In this document: in pieces, positions 47,093-60,366 of the stretch
Position numbering within the stretch: position 1 is the first letter of the stretch
Layout of the letters: the number at the start of each line of letters is the position of its first letter
Source of the DNA: Cystobasidiomycetes sp. EMM_F5
Taxonomy: Eukaryota
NCBI GenBank assembly: GCA_051047955.1
Contig: JBPGPT010000016.1
Location: 186,001-250,000 of the forward strand
DNA length: 64,000 nt
Reading direction: 5' to 3'
The notes under the pieces: generated by a model
The model's database searches: none
Told to the model about the DNA's origin: nothing
What the model saw: the letters and a program-made list of their open reading frames with translations, nothing else
Program-made: the position numbers and the translations under genes

Positions 47093-47615
47093 TGGTGAGT
47101 TGCAGCTTTCCGCTTCACAGTGCCTAGTCTTCCTTTCCTATGATGAGAAAATTCTCGAAGCGAACAACTTCAGGATCGGTGATCACTTTTGATCAACCGC
47201 GATGACCTTTTCATCACGTTTAACCTATTAGCCTGATTGACACATCGCCTTCATATCCTGCGCGAATGCAAGAAAACGATACTTTTACTGACTTGTAGCG
47301 CATGTATCGATTGCAGGTCGACGTAGGTTAAGTAGAAGGCACCGGAAGATTGAGAATGATAGAAACTCTGTGTAGCATATTAAAGCAGCATCCTGGCTTG
47401 TTGGTCACAATCGAATCTATCGGGTTTTTCACTCTCGCAAATTCTTTTATCTTGGTCAATGGCTAAATCCTGGCCATCAAAGTACGTAGCCTTCCAGAGG
47501 CTGATCGCGTACAATGACAGCATCATATCACTTCTCTCACTTCATTACGCCTTCCAACAATGTGGCAGCCAAAATGACCTAACGTCCATGGCTCTGACCG
47601 CATCATTGCGGCCTA

Positions 47616-48490
47616 CTAGCAATTGGCTGGTAGCTCGTAGATTGAGGGTCGCTTCATTTCAACGGGTAACGATACGCTCTTTGCGCCATCAAGCTCCGCA
47701 ATGGTCGTAGTGGCGGTTGTGACCGGCGTCCGACTGCCAGAGACTGATCCACGTCTGCTCCTGCTTCGCGGCAGCGGCGCGACTGAGCTTGCACTGCGGT
47801 TAGATTGATTAATTGAGCTCTTCCGGATTGGAATCGGAGGTTCCTCGCAAACGACAAGACGGACGCCGCAGGTGTACTTGCCGATAGATAAGGTTCGATT
47901 GAGTACGCTGCGTTCCTTCGAGCCGCTAAACGCGGATTGAGGTGGGACAGTCAAGACGCTCTTGCGTCGTTGGCCTCTCGAGCGGGTGCTTAGCGCGCGA
48001 TTTGGCCTTTCCACGGCTTCCAGACCTGCTGGATCCTCGATCACTTCGGGTCCCGTATCATAGCTCTTGGCGGAGGTCGAGGATGTTTTGCCAACAGATC
48101 CAGCTGTTGAGCTTAAGCTTGACGTACGTCCCGTAGAGTGTGAGACGATGCTACTCGCTGGCTCATTGTTCTGACTTCTGACGGAGTGGCTGCCATTGGT
48201 GCCCCTTCTGGATATACTTTGCTTTGGCAACGGGCTGCCAATTGAGTCTGGAGAGTATGGCATGCCTCCGGCGCGGAAGGACGATAACGATGGACGGCGG
48301 GGTGTTGCGTTATTCGAGAGCCCGGGTCCCGTCGTTGCCATCGTTCGTCCAGCATGGGCCAGAGCATGTGGTATACTGACTTGTGTCAAATGGCCTGAGT
48401 TGCTACTCTGAAGACCGATCTACGATTGAGCTGATGTTCCAGAGCCAATGAAAACTGTTTGAGCGGACTTACGGATCGGAGGAAAGGCAT
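47616..48490 (-). CDS. Ser/Arg-rich low-complexity hypothetical protein
   Basis: 257-aa open frame; a short upstream exon MPFLRS splices in frame through a GTAAGT...TAG intron. No domain recognised. Confidence 0.5.
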
Positions 48491-49092
48491 GCTTGTAATA
48501 AGCGCAACCGTCTCCAGATGGCCTGATCAAATGGTTTGTTGCCATGTTGTGATTGTCGTTGGATCGCAGCTCCGTGGCAGCTGCACACCGCCCTTCAAAA
48601 CAGCTATGCCGGTTCCGATATGTAGACGGATCACGTCCGGTTATGCGATCGCCCATCAAGCGAGAACGACCAACGAGAGCCAACAGCATGATATGAAGCC
48701 AATGTCTGCGTAGGGTTAGATCTAAATTGTTGCCTGCCCTATCCCGCTCATTCTGGGCCAGGCATCCGCAGCTACCGCCTGTCGGATTGAGAAGTAGGAA
48801 ATTGCTCCATAGAGTAGCGGATTGCGCGAATACCAAAGAGATGTGGAGGGATGTCTCATGACATCGCCATGCGTATGCCTGTGAAGCGCGTCAGCACTTT
48901 CAAGACATCTCGGCTTGAAGTTCGGGATCAGTAATAGCAGCCATGGGATTTATGACAGTTTTCGGAGCTTCTTATTGCTTGTTAATACATTACATGACTC
49001 AATGACACTCCTGCTGTCGACTGGTATGCTACTAGATTTGGGTGATCTGCCTCATCGAGGGGAGGTGAATTGAAGAATAAGTGGAGCCGAGC

Positions 49093-49484
49093 TTAAGCGT
49101 GAACAATCTCGATACTCGCTACCGAGTTCCCTCTGACGACCTGGTGTTGCATACACAAAGCGTCAAAGTCAGCATGTACGTATATCTGAAAAGTCAGCCA
49201 AAGTAGACGTACGACCATTCCGCCCTCCATGCGCTCTTCCCGCCCCGGTATTGATTCATCTCTCGCTTGGTCCAGCACGAGATTGAGGAATATATCGAAC
49301 CCACGGAGAACACCGGTCACACGCCTTGCTCCTTGTATGTGAACGAGTAAACGCTTGTCCATGAATTTCTTGACTGCCATTTCGGCGGAAGATTGGGCGA
49401 GTCAACACTGGCTAGATAATAGCGGCCTACAGTATCATAACAACTATGCAAGCGCTCACGTTCTGGATTGGCTGGCTTTGCCAT
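49093..49484 (-). CDS. SMX2: Small nuclear ribonucleoprotein SmG
   Basis: [43 protein letters not shown]...VVRGNSV (Sm1 and Sm2 motifs). Confidence 0.9.
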
Positions 49485-50043
49485 TTTGACGCTGTGTCTT
49501 TGCTGTTCGGACGGCTTCGAACTGTGCGATCGATGCTATCGTCTGTTCAGGTTGATGTTGCCCAGCTTGCCGCAGAATCGTATGTTTGCGTTTGGTCGTC
49601 GCCTATTCAGCCTCGTCTGGGCTGGTATCTGATGCAGGATTCCGCGAGTGGATTGGAGCTGGGAACAGCTGCATGATTGGTCACATTTCCACAAAACGAA
49701 AGTATCCTCGGTCTATCTGCCGCACGTCGTTGCGCTAGGCATAGGTGCTACACACTCTTTTTACCTACATACTGGACTGTGTGCTCGGGAAACGCTTCAG
49801 CATTACAGGGAGGTCAGTATCATCCTGTGCACGTTACGAAGGGCCTGATGAATCATGACGCTCATAACGGTATCGTCAGGTAACTTATTACTGTACATTC
49901 CGATTCTTTCCCTCATCAATCTACAAACCAGACTCCTTCTGAAATCCGTTCTCAGATTCCCGCTCAGACCCTCTGCTGATCATTGCCCTGCTTCTCCGTA
50001 ATTTACCATAGGCGCGCGGGGGATAACATCATCACGCAGTAGC

Positions 50044-53000
50044 ATGACAGACGAATGGGATAATTGGGATGTGCGCAATGCACGTCCCGAATCTGAGCAG
50101 ACAGGACGCTACAAATCCCTAACCTCTTCCAATTCCAGTCAGGTCTCGTGCAAAGATCCTGCAAAGCACAGTCAATCCACACACTCCGCCTTCAACGACT
50201 CTATCCATCCCACGACCACGCTTTCAGGCCTGAAGGCATCTCCTGACAATGGTATCAGACCAATTGTACGCATTGGCCGACAATCTCCACACATACCCCA
50301 AGCACGAGTGTATGCGCAAAATGTTGCAGGTAACAACGGCACTCAGGCCAACCCGGGTCATGAACACGAACGGCACAATCCTCCCCATCAACATAGTAGT
50401 TCTCCACGGTGGCATGCTGCGGGTCTCATCCCATCGCAGGTAAAATACCCTCAGTCGCCTCATGGATGGGATAATCATGAATCACAAAAGCCACCAAATC
50501 AAAATTATCTTGACTCTAAAGCCCTTCGTCCAGAGAATGGTCAGTCATACAGTGAACAGAATCATGGGGCCAGCCAATCCCGCCCTTTACCCCCAGATAA
50601 TCGCTCTCGTCATAATCTACAACAAAGCGATGTCGTGGCTCACTCAGATGCCAATCGAAGTGCGATCGTTCCAAGAAGGGCTGTCATGTCATCCCCACAA
50701 TCTCCAGCTAGAGCTCAAGCCGACATGAACACGCCAGCTGCGCTTGCTCCATTTGTTCTGCATATTCCCGAGGAGTTTCAACAAGGCTCGCCAGGACATA
50801 AAATGCTCAAAACCATGATATCCCGTCTAGCCAATACCGTTCTGTCTCATCCTCCGTCCTTCATTAAAACAAAATCATGCAATTTCAACGGGATGGGCAG
50901 CGCTGAAGTCCCCGCAGTCTCGATGACAGGTCCCCGAGCAAAAGAAGCTGCTCGACAGCTGTTGGAATTTTTCGTCGAAGAAAGTCAAGACTGCTACTTC
51001 ATCCAAGACACTCAGACCAAACATGCGCTTAACAGCGCGACTCCTCCTCTGCTCGACTCTAGCATTGAGCGGAGTCGTTTCGAGCAAAATGGTACGCGTC
51101 CTCTAGGCACGATTATCGAAACCAATAAGCCAATGCAATCTGCGACAGGCAGTGACGCTTTGCAGCACGGGAATGGCTGGGATGCACTCTTATCTTCTCG
51201 ATATGCAAGTCCTGAAAGCACGCTCGAATTCGCCAACAAGAATTCCGAAAAAAGCGAAGGTGTCCCACAAATCGGTATTCTGCGCTGGCAATTTCCACTT
51301 CACGATCTGTTTCGTGTACTTATACACAACCACACAAGTACAGATATCCGAATGGCCACGCATGTCCCCTTTGTCAAGTTTGCCAGACTTGCGCCTGGTA
51401 GCGGGGCGCCGTCAATAGAGATCACCATGACTGGCGGTCGGTCGCCACTAACCTGGAAAGAACATTATCGTTTACGTTTGGCTTTCCAAGTCACAGTGGC
51501 AGTCTGCGAATTGGTCCGTCCGGACATCTACCTACCAAGAAAATGCGATATCCATCCTGCATTCAGGTCATCTGGCAGACATAGCTTTCTCGATGACGGA
51601 AAGGCACTGCTTCTCGAAGAAGTCCGATCCCAGCTACAATCTGGCAGATTCAATCTAGCGATTGCTGTTGGAAAGCTGATCGATAATATTTGCGCGGCGG
51701 AGGCTGAAAGTAGTGTATTCCAGCGTCGCGGCGCGCACGAGCGACATGCTAGTGGCCAATCTTACGAATCCCGGGAGCCTGCAACCTATGGCGACGATAG
51801 CCGTGAGGCACATGCCGGTATCGCGAGCGGGCAGCCGAAGAAAAGATCCTCGAAAGCTCCAGGAAGCCACCGGGATCCCCGAGGTATCGAGGATGATTCG
51901 CGACAGCTTCCGATAGGAGCAGTTGAGCGTATTGACAACACATACAGCGCAAGCCATAATGACCAGTCTTTTTCATCGCCGATGACTGCCCCCTCGATGT
52001 CCCGCTCCCTCCAGGTCAGCTGGTTCTTGGCGGACCGGAAGTCTCGAGGAGCTCTGCTGGGAGCTCGAATGAGCACTCTATCTAGTCTCTTGAAAGCCTC
52101 GGGTATTTCGGACTTCAGAATGAGTGATCCGAGCAGGTCGGCAGATTGTTCTCGCCAATTGACTCTGATAAATACCGTGGATGGCGACACTCGTCAAGCT
52201 TTTGACGAGGCTGTGTCTCGGCTTCGTCTAGCTGTCAGACTGTTTGTGGGCGTGGCAGAATTGATTGATCCCGGCCACTATGTGCCAACCGCCTCCGATC
52301 TGCCATCGTTCCTGGATCTGTCTTCCACAGAATTACTTTCGCCGGACGAGATTCTATATATCAGCAACGTGAGAAAACGAGCTTCGGAATCAACACACTT
52401 ATCGCATGTCCCGCATAGGCCTTACTTCACTCACAACGATATAGAAGCACTGATGACGCGACTCTCAACCCGTCAGACTGTATCTTCCAGTTGTGGGAAC
52501 AAGATCGCACTTCCGCACGATGCTGCCTTTATTTCCGCAACGACCGTTACGTCACAACATCCGATAAATTTGGTACAGGATATTCATCAGGACGCCTTCA
52601 CACATCAATGGCAGGAGCCGTCAACACCAGAACTTCTTCAGCATTCGGATGCGTCCGCTCAAGCAGCTGTAACGAATGAAACGGATATGCATTGCGAGCA
52701 GCCGCTTGCACTGATGTGGCCATCTGCAGACCTTTGTGCTATCGACGATGGCTTAATTGACAATCGAGCGGATGAGGCCGCATTGGGCGAAGATTTCGAA
52801 AGCGACCAGTGGAAGATACTGACACCGCAGCGACGAATGCAATTACTAGGCTCGGCATTCTGGATCACTGAAGTGGTCCTCAGTTGTCTGTCGGACAGTG
52901 AAGGTGCCCGTCAGCGTTACCTCAGCGCACGCAACAACGGCGAACGAACGGTAGATTTTCCTCGAAGCGGTACCGAAATGTCTCACGCCAAAGTCCTCGA

Positions 53001-53398
53001 CCATGAGAATCACGATTCCGTGACTGAACTAACACATGCTGCCTCTGCACGCACGCTCAACACTGTTACGGTAAGTCTATTTTGCCCTTACTTTCACAGA
53101 TTCAGCAATGCTGATCCCGCAAAGGCGGCAGGATCGCCCTACAGAGATAGGTATTGGCGGCGAGACAGCCACACTAGATGGTCCAGACTTAATCAGCCTG
53201 CACAATCTAGTCGAGACGGGCTGGGGCACGCTCGAGCACATCAGGCCCGACTCGCCCAGTGATAGCTATTCACCTCGTAACAGACGTCACAGAAGAGAAA
53301 ACTCTGAGTGGGAGGGAATGTTGGCGTCGGGCGATGGTCCGCCACCTTACGTCAGTGCTGCCCTCGGCAGGGACTCATGGAGCATTAAGCCCCAATGA
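50044..53398 (+). CDS. Large hypothetical protein (about 1100 aa) with internal degenerate KH-like repeats
   Basis: 1072-aa ORF; an intron at 53071-53131 leads to a last exon ending at 53398. Repeated RLRLA-x-ELxxP-xxYxP segments. Confidence 0.7.
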
Positions 53399-53580
53399 GG
53401 AGTTACGAGGTTGTAGAACGGCATAAGTAGCTACATGTCCGGACTCCTTGCACCGCGCAACCGCTATCCGCAATTTCTTCATCCAACTCGATACCGACAA
53501 GAAGATCCGAACATGGTCTGTGAGCGCTTCGCCGCTGCCCTCTTCCTCCCGTCCACCGCAAACAAGAACGCACATACACA

Positions 53581-54975
53581 TCAGCGAAGTGGGCGGCCGC
53601 CATCTGTCGCAAGAACATTCTCTCTACTGGCAAGTCAGCCAGGTCATTGCGCCTGATTGATGCATTACGACTCACGCATACTGTCCCGGTATATTGCCAC
53701 CCTAACGTCGGGCTATATGTCAGTCTAGTACCAATGAATATTTGGTGGTGCAGCTAACCTGGAAGTAATTGCAGACAGCATACTTGGCGTTCGGCCAAGA
53801 CGCAGGATATACCGATGCGAAAGCTGCTGGACATTCTACGATGGCGCAGCCAACTTGCGTAGAATCTTTCCATACAACCTGAGTATTATAGAGACTTCAG
53901 CGCCCATACGATGATCATTAAATAATGGCTTTAGTCTCACCTGCGTGAAATGGGAAGCTTCAGGTTGATCGGGGTCGTACTCCGTCCTTTCCAGTATACC
54001 CAGTGATGGTTTTCCCTTGACCCATACGTTGAGCATGCTGTCGCCAGTAATTTGTGCTGAGCCGTCTGATGCGCCTTCAGTGTCCAGGTTCTGTCCCTCA
54101 AGCCAACCTTGTAATCTGGGATCATGCTCCCATTTACATTGTCGTGCCCAATCCAACGCATGTTCGGCTAAGGTATCGTTCCATCTCACTTTGCCGACCC
54201 CGTAGAATGCTCGCCACGAGTTGTGCGCATCAATGGCTTGTTGAGCAAAGCCAGTCAACGGGATCGATGGAGCTGAAGACTGCACAGGTGTTGCAACCTT
54301 TGACATTGCGGCTGTAGCAGGTACTTTGACGGAAGATGGACTAGACGATGCGCTCTGAGTATGCAGAATCGCTGGTGTGCGTGATTGGTGTGATGTCATC
54401 GTCGTCACATGGGTAGTGAGCAGCTTAGGAGGCTGAGAGCTAGGCTTAGGCCTTGCCAAACTGCTGAATCCAGCCGTGCGGTGATATGTCACCGTCTTTG
54501 TCCTGGTCACTGTCAACGGGAGCTGCTTCTGACATGTTACTACGAATGGTCTGCGTGAGGTCTCAGCCGGGGCGTCGATGTTGTCAACGATCACTGGTGC
54601 ACCCTGTATGATCTCAACGGCTGCAAGCAAGTCTGGATCCGGTTCCATTGAAGACAGATTGGATACTGTCGGGAAACTCTCGTTTGAAAAAGGTTGTATA
54701 GACGGCATTTCGAATGTACTCCCATCAAGCATGCCTTCGATATTGGTTGAGAAGTCCATCTCAGGAGGAGTCGGCGGAAACGGCGGACGCATTCCCGCAG
54801 GCGAAGATACGTCGGACCCAGACAACTGAGCGTGCATCTCGATATGTATATCTCGTTTGACCGCGTCCTGTGTTGACCCAACAGGCAGCGCACCTGCAGC
54901 GCCGGCCGTATAGGTGACGTGCAGAGCTGCTAATAAGTATCTTGAGAAGTACTCTGGCGCAAAGTGACAGCGCAT
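53581..54975 (-). CDS. Secreted CAP/SCP (PR-1/Pry-like) protein with Ser/Thr/Pro-rich linker
   Basis: AHNSWRAFYG, WNDTLA, GQNL, HFTQ-VVWKDSTQVGCA, VCNY, GN...ENV. Confidence 0.88.
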
Positions 54976-55067
54976 TGCTCGGATGTGATAGTGTGATAAT
55001 GGCGAGTGGTGCATAAGTCGGTTCGTCCAATATGCAAGTGCATCTGACGCTAGCGATAACGCGAAGT

Positions 55068-57226
55068 TTAATCCAGACGACAACGCCTGAAGCAGGAAAC
55101 TTTGGCCTAGAGCGACATATTAGCGCATATCAGGTATCTTTCAGAACGGCACGTACCATTTCGTCCCTGTGCAATCGTTACGATGGAGATGGCATCAACT
55201 CCTGCCATCATCGGTGAAGTGCCGCGGAGACTCACCACCTGACTCGGATCTCATCCACTTCTCCGGTATCCTCCCGAACAAAGATAGCTTCCGCCCTAAT
55301 AAATCGCGTGTCCATGAAACCGGGCATTGCGATCCTGCCAGCTGCTCTGAGTGTGCCTTCATACCATCGCGGAGAATTGCTTGTCATTTGAGAACCAGGA
55401 TTGGCAACCAGATCGGACCAATTTTCCCAGTCGCTTCGCATGACAACAGGAAGCTCCAAGCTAGCCATGTCAGCCGATGCATCTTTTTCTGCAAGCCACT
55501 CTTCCATAGCACTCAGTCGAGGATCGTTGCAACTCGCGAGCTGGGTACTGGGTAATTCCGCAACCCAGCTGACCTGACCACTGGGCACATTCGTATCGCC
55601 AGTCACTTTGATGAACTCGATGATATTTGTTCTGCGGCGGAGGTTGCCCTCAAGATCAGGCTGCAGCGCCTCTCGAGCGATGGAGGGATCCGCATCGGGT
55701 GAATCGTCCGGACCTTCGCCATCGTAAATACGGTCTAAGTCGACTTGGTTCACCATATTCGGCTTTGCCCAGACGCTTCTAACGCTAATGATTCCAAACT
55801 CCTGCCCATGAGTAGAGTAAGTGCCAGTCCAGAGGCCTCGCAGTGCCGACGCAGGATAAGGCTCGTCCGCTGGTGTGGATCGCTCTCTAGGCGAATGTGT
55901 CGGGCCCATGATCGGGTAAAACCATTCTTGGTCATCATCATTGGGTACACCTGTTTCTCCGAGTAGGGTCTCTCGGATACTGGTGGGAATATTTACGCCG
56001 ATGCCGGTCAGAATAGACTGGATGAACTGGGTTGCAGGATTGGGCGCTAAGAGTAGAGCTGGCTCGTCGGCCTGCGGCAGGTTGCCGTTTTGTGGCGCCT
56101 GATGTATAAATTGTACGCCTGTGTCGGATGTAGACACGGAGGATGCAGACCGGTTAAGCGCGTCACGGGTGAACGGGAAAGCGGACGCAGAACCGCTTGA
56201 GGCGGTCTTGGGTGCTCGGATCGGTTGCATAGTAAATGCAGCTGCCGTAAGCTCCCTTCCTTCAAGTTTGAGACCACGCATTGAGCTGTTGACATCATGT
56301 CCGGTAGATCCCCAACAGTCAACATTGCGAATGATTCCTGCGTACACAGCGTCCTTTCCAGGGAAAGAAGAAGCCTCGACATCGGACGAGAAGGGCGGGT
56401 TCCTCGACGCGGCGCTAGAACCAGAAATATCGCGCAGCTTTCGTCGGCGCGAATAGTCGAGCGGCAACGATATTGGTATTGATGGCGCGACGACTCCAGT
56501 GATGGAGGAGAACAAGGCAAAGCCCTGGCCAGGAGCGAAATTGAAGAGGGGAGTGAACTGGAGCGCTGGCTTCAGAATGTCCACGGAATATCCGGCATCA
56601 GGAGAAGGATGATCTACTGGCAGTCTAGAGAAGTGACATTGGGTAAGCGTAAAAATGCAAGGCGTTGACGAAACTTGCCGATAGGATAACCGTCTCGAAC
56701 CAGACCATAGTGCTGCGGCAGGCTTCCACCGTCTTGGAGGCGGAAATATGCGGTCGACGTACTCTGGACTGTACGCATTGGCTGCTGCGACTTCCTCGCC
56801 AATCAAGCCCAGGCCGCCATCGTTCAGCAGACGCAACGACACCCTGGTTAGACGTCCGCGATACGGCTGTGTAGATGCCCACCAGCCTTTTGCGATACTC
56901 GATCAGCTTGCTTATCAATGAGATGCGGAGAGCCTACCGAGATATCGACTCGAATAGCCAAGCGTAGGCTGCACGTACGACGCATAGATGCGATTGCCAG
57001 CCTCCCACAGATTTGTCGTCAGATCAGAACGGCGCCGTATGTGCGCGTTGACGACTTGCTCTACGCGATGTCGCCAGACTTCATCGGATCTGGATATGGT
57101 CAGTGCCAACTTGCATGTGCACGCCAATCGCAGCACATCCTGAACGTTCAGATGCTTGATGACGGAAAGCAGCAGCTCGTCTGGCAGATCAATCAGCGTT
57201 GCGCTGGCTGAAGCATTACTGCTCAT
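55068..57226 (-). CDS. F-box protein with FBXO31/DUF3506-like C-terminal domain
   Basis: LIDLPDELLLSVIKHL...LACTCK (F-box); C-terminal LRGLWTGTYSTHGQE, FIKVTGDTNVPSGQVSW, GRIAMPGF. Confidence 0.8.
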
Positions 57227-57901
57227 GGTTGTTGGATTTCGTGAATGTCGTCAGAGTGGAAGCCGAAAGCCAAGCAGGGGAGCGATGGAGCAAAAGGAAG
57301 TAGCGAGAGAGATGGGCATCCTACGAGCATCTAAGCATATCGAAGGCTGGGCTAGTCTGCAGCACAATTGAAATCTCTCCGAAATGAGTTGTGAGCGCAT
57401 GGGTAGTAGGCCCGGGGCGCCACATACGATTACTAAATTTTATGCAGTCGTCTAGTAGTCAATATCACTATCCCGCTGCAGGGCTACCTATCTACCAGGC
57501 CTAAGGCCAGCCCCAACACTGTCCGCCTCCAATGCGATATAATGCCATGTAATCTACTTTCTTTCGCGGACGCCATACCATGGGCCCGAGAATCCTAAGG
57601 CGAACGTTCGTCCGTCCTTGGCTCGCGAGTGTTAAAACCATACTTTATCACACGGTGTTGTGATGGAGTACGTTTGGCAGCAATGCTTGGTAGGATCTAT
57701 CCCATGTCAAGGACGGCGGTGTAACTTGACGTTTTTCGAGTCGCGGCCACGACAGCAGATTGGTCGCCTGCATCGGCTCAATGTAGCCATCTATGCTTTT
57801 GACTTGCAGGTGCGTCTGGCAGGTGCGTCTGGAGATTTCGCATGTTGACGAAAAGACGATGGCTTGAATGCAGGCTTTATTGACGATTCTGCTAGCCTTC
57901 A

Positions 57902-58517
57902 TCACGCTTCAGGTCGGGAGGCGATAGATTTCTTCATGAGGATGTGAGGAGTACCATCCTCCCTGTAGTGCTTCATCAGGTCGCTGGAGCAGGCAGGCGG
58001 TGACGAGGAACCTACAAGAATTCCTCTCCGAAAGTTTCGTAACCAAGTCCTATATAGAAGGGCACGACGGGTACTTGTGCGTTACACTGTAACTCGGTTG
58101 CTCGAATGTCTCGAATGGCTTCGTTGCTACTCTCTTCCAGCCTGCCCAACAGCAGAGCTTCTAGGCCATTCATGAGGTTGCTTCCTAGCCCTTTGCCTCT
58201 GAAGCGTTTGCGAATAGCTACTCTACCAATCTTGCTTTTTGGCGGAGCGAAGTAACGTAGAGTTCCAGCTGCTTCATCGTTCTGATTGAGCAGAAGCAAA
58301 TGGATGCATGTCTTGTCATAATGGTCAAATTCCTCGTCGCGTTTGTACTAGATATGCCTGCAAATATTTAGCAGCAGATTATGCTCAGTAAGAGCTACTC
58401 ACGTACGCCCTGCTCGTCTACGAAGACTTCTACTCGAATTGCTGCAGCTTCTTTGAAGAGATCCGAGTCGAATGGGGCGAGGACAACGCGATAGCTTTCT
58501 TCAGCATCTGCAGACAT
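57902..58517 (-). CDS. GNAT acetyltransferase, ElaA/YjcF-like
   Basis: IRVEVFVDEQG, EFDHYD, AGTLR, KIGRVAI..RFRGKGLG, NAQ..VVPFY..LGY, EDGTPH. Confidence 0.88.
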
Positions 58518-58626
58518 GCTCCAATCTTGCTTCTTGAGGGCCTTTCCAGTCTATGTCAGGTAAGGTATCGCATGCAAGCGGAGGAAGCTGCGGGTGTTTC
58601 TCGTTCGGCGTGACCACAATGATCGG

Positions 58627-60215
58627 ATGGATCTTGACTCCGCTACAGGCGAATCCATGAAAGGCCATCATGAGAACGGGTTGCAAGCTTCGTTGACAAA
58701 CATGACAGCCGCGCAGCCTACGCCAACCCCACCGAATATCTCGCATCCAATCCCTCAGCCTTACAACAAATACTCTGCGCTAATCAGCTCGCAGGAAATT
58801 GCTATTGTTGACTCGTTCGAACTCGAAAGCGGCGAGCAGTTGCAGGATGTACAAGTAGCCTACAAGACATGGGGCAAGCTCAACGAAAAGCGAGATAATT
58901 GCATGGTTATCTGCCATGCCCTTACAGGCAGCGCCGACGTAGAAGATTGGCAAGTCGTACCAATACAGACAAGGCGATATGACTTCTCGCTGATACCCCT
59001 TGCTCACGCAGGTGGGGTCCAATGATGGGCAGAGATCTCGCCTTTGATCCATCACGGTACTTCATCTTTTGCGCAAATGTACTCGGATCGCCATACGGCT
59101 CATCTTCGCCTGTTACAATCAATCCGACCACGGGCTTGCGTTGGGGTCCAGAATTTCCGCTTGCGACCGTCCGCGACGACGTGAAGCTACACAAGATCAT
59201 TCTGGATCACCTGAACGTCAAGAGCGTTGCTATCGTCGTTGGCGGATCGATGGGCGGCATGCAAGTGTTAGAGTGGGCATGCATGTACTCGCCGTCATTC
59301 GTGCGCAACATCATACCTATGGCTACCGCTGCACACCACTCGGCCTGGGGTATCTCATGGGGAGAAGCGCAAAGACAGGCGATATATTCAGATCCAAACT
59401 ACGATGGCGGTTACTATTCTGACGAGAGGCCACCATCCAGCGGTCTGGGTGCGGCTAGAATGGCAGCACTGCTCACATACCGGAGTCGAGATTCGTTCGA
59501 GAGCCGCTTTGGCAGGAAGGAGATGGAGTCTCGCACAACGTCCCCGACTCATGAGTCACGACCAGCCAACCGAGCGCGAGAAGCCCATAACGACGGCTAT
59601 AGAGCACCCGTACGAAGGGACTCGTCTGCGTCTCTGTCGTCAGTCACTACGCCAAACAACAACAGTGCCGATGGAGCGAGCACGCCTCGAACGGAAGCAG
59701 TTGCGTCTATGACGGGAGCAAGCCGCCGGCCGCTAGTGTATTCTGCTCAGAGTTACCTGCGATACCAGGGCGACAAATTCATTGGCCGCTTTGATGCGAA
59801 TTGCTATATAGCTATCACGCGCAAAATGGACTCACACGACGTTATGCGAGGCAGAAGAGATCCCTCAGATCCTGATTTCCATCCTTTTCACAACTGTCCA
59901 CCAGGTTCTCTAATAATAGCGATATCCTCAGATGCACTGTTTACACTGGATGAACAACGCAATATGGCGGCGAAACTGCCGGATGCTCGCCTAGTCATTG
60001 TGGAATCGCCAGAAGGGCACGATGGCTTCTTGCTGGAGTTCGAGCAAATCAATGCGCATATTGTTGCTCATCTGAGAGAGCGACTTCCTGAGATATACAA
60101 AAGCCAGCCTCTTCTGAGTGTAGCGGAAGAACCTCCGGAAGATGTTGCGGAGAAGTTTATGGTCAAAAAAGACAGTCTGTTCGGAGAAGCAGAAGCGGAT
60201 GTCACTGCGTGGTAG
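58627..60215 (+). CDS. MET2: Homoserine O-acetyltransferase
   Basis: [27 protein letters not shown], nucleophile [40 protein letters not shown]. Confidence 0.96.
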
Positions 60216-60366
60216 ATACTTTTAGAGAGAGAGCGATGCGGTATTCGCTTATTGTAGCATAGTTGCGGCCGAAATCAAACGTGACATCAGGCAAGTTAGC
60301 CGACTCGACTCCAATCACATTAGGCCAGCCTACACCTCGACTGTTACATTGGCAAGCATTCCGACA

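Noticed and set aside
47140..47237. ATGATGA...CTGA box C/D-like arrangement with an internal hairpin after DPH1
   Set aside because: It lies in the probable 3' UTR, has no terminal stem, and I could not find a correctly placed guide next to a D or D' box.
57806..57831. 13-bp tandem direct repeat GCAGGTGCGTCTG x2
   Set aside because: Only two copies with no spacer; consistent with a slippage duplication or old footprint, not CRISPR or an intact element.
57902..58517. Recent bacterial horizontal transfer of the ElaA-like GNAT
   Set aside because: The gene has typical introns and no obvious compositional shift; the sequence alone gives no support.
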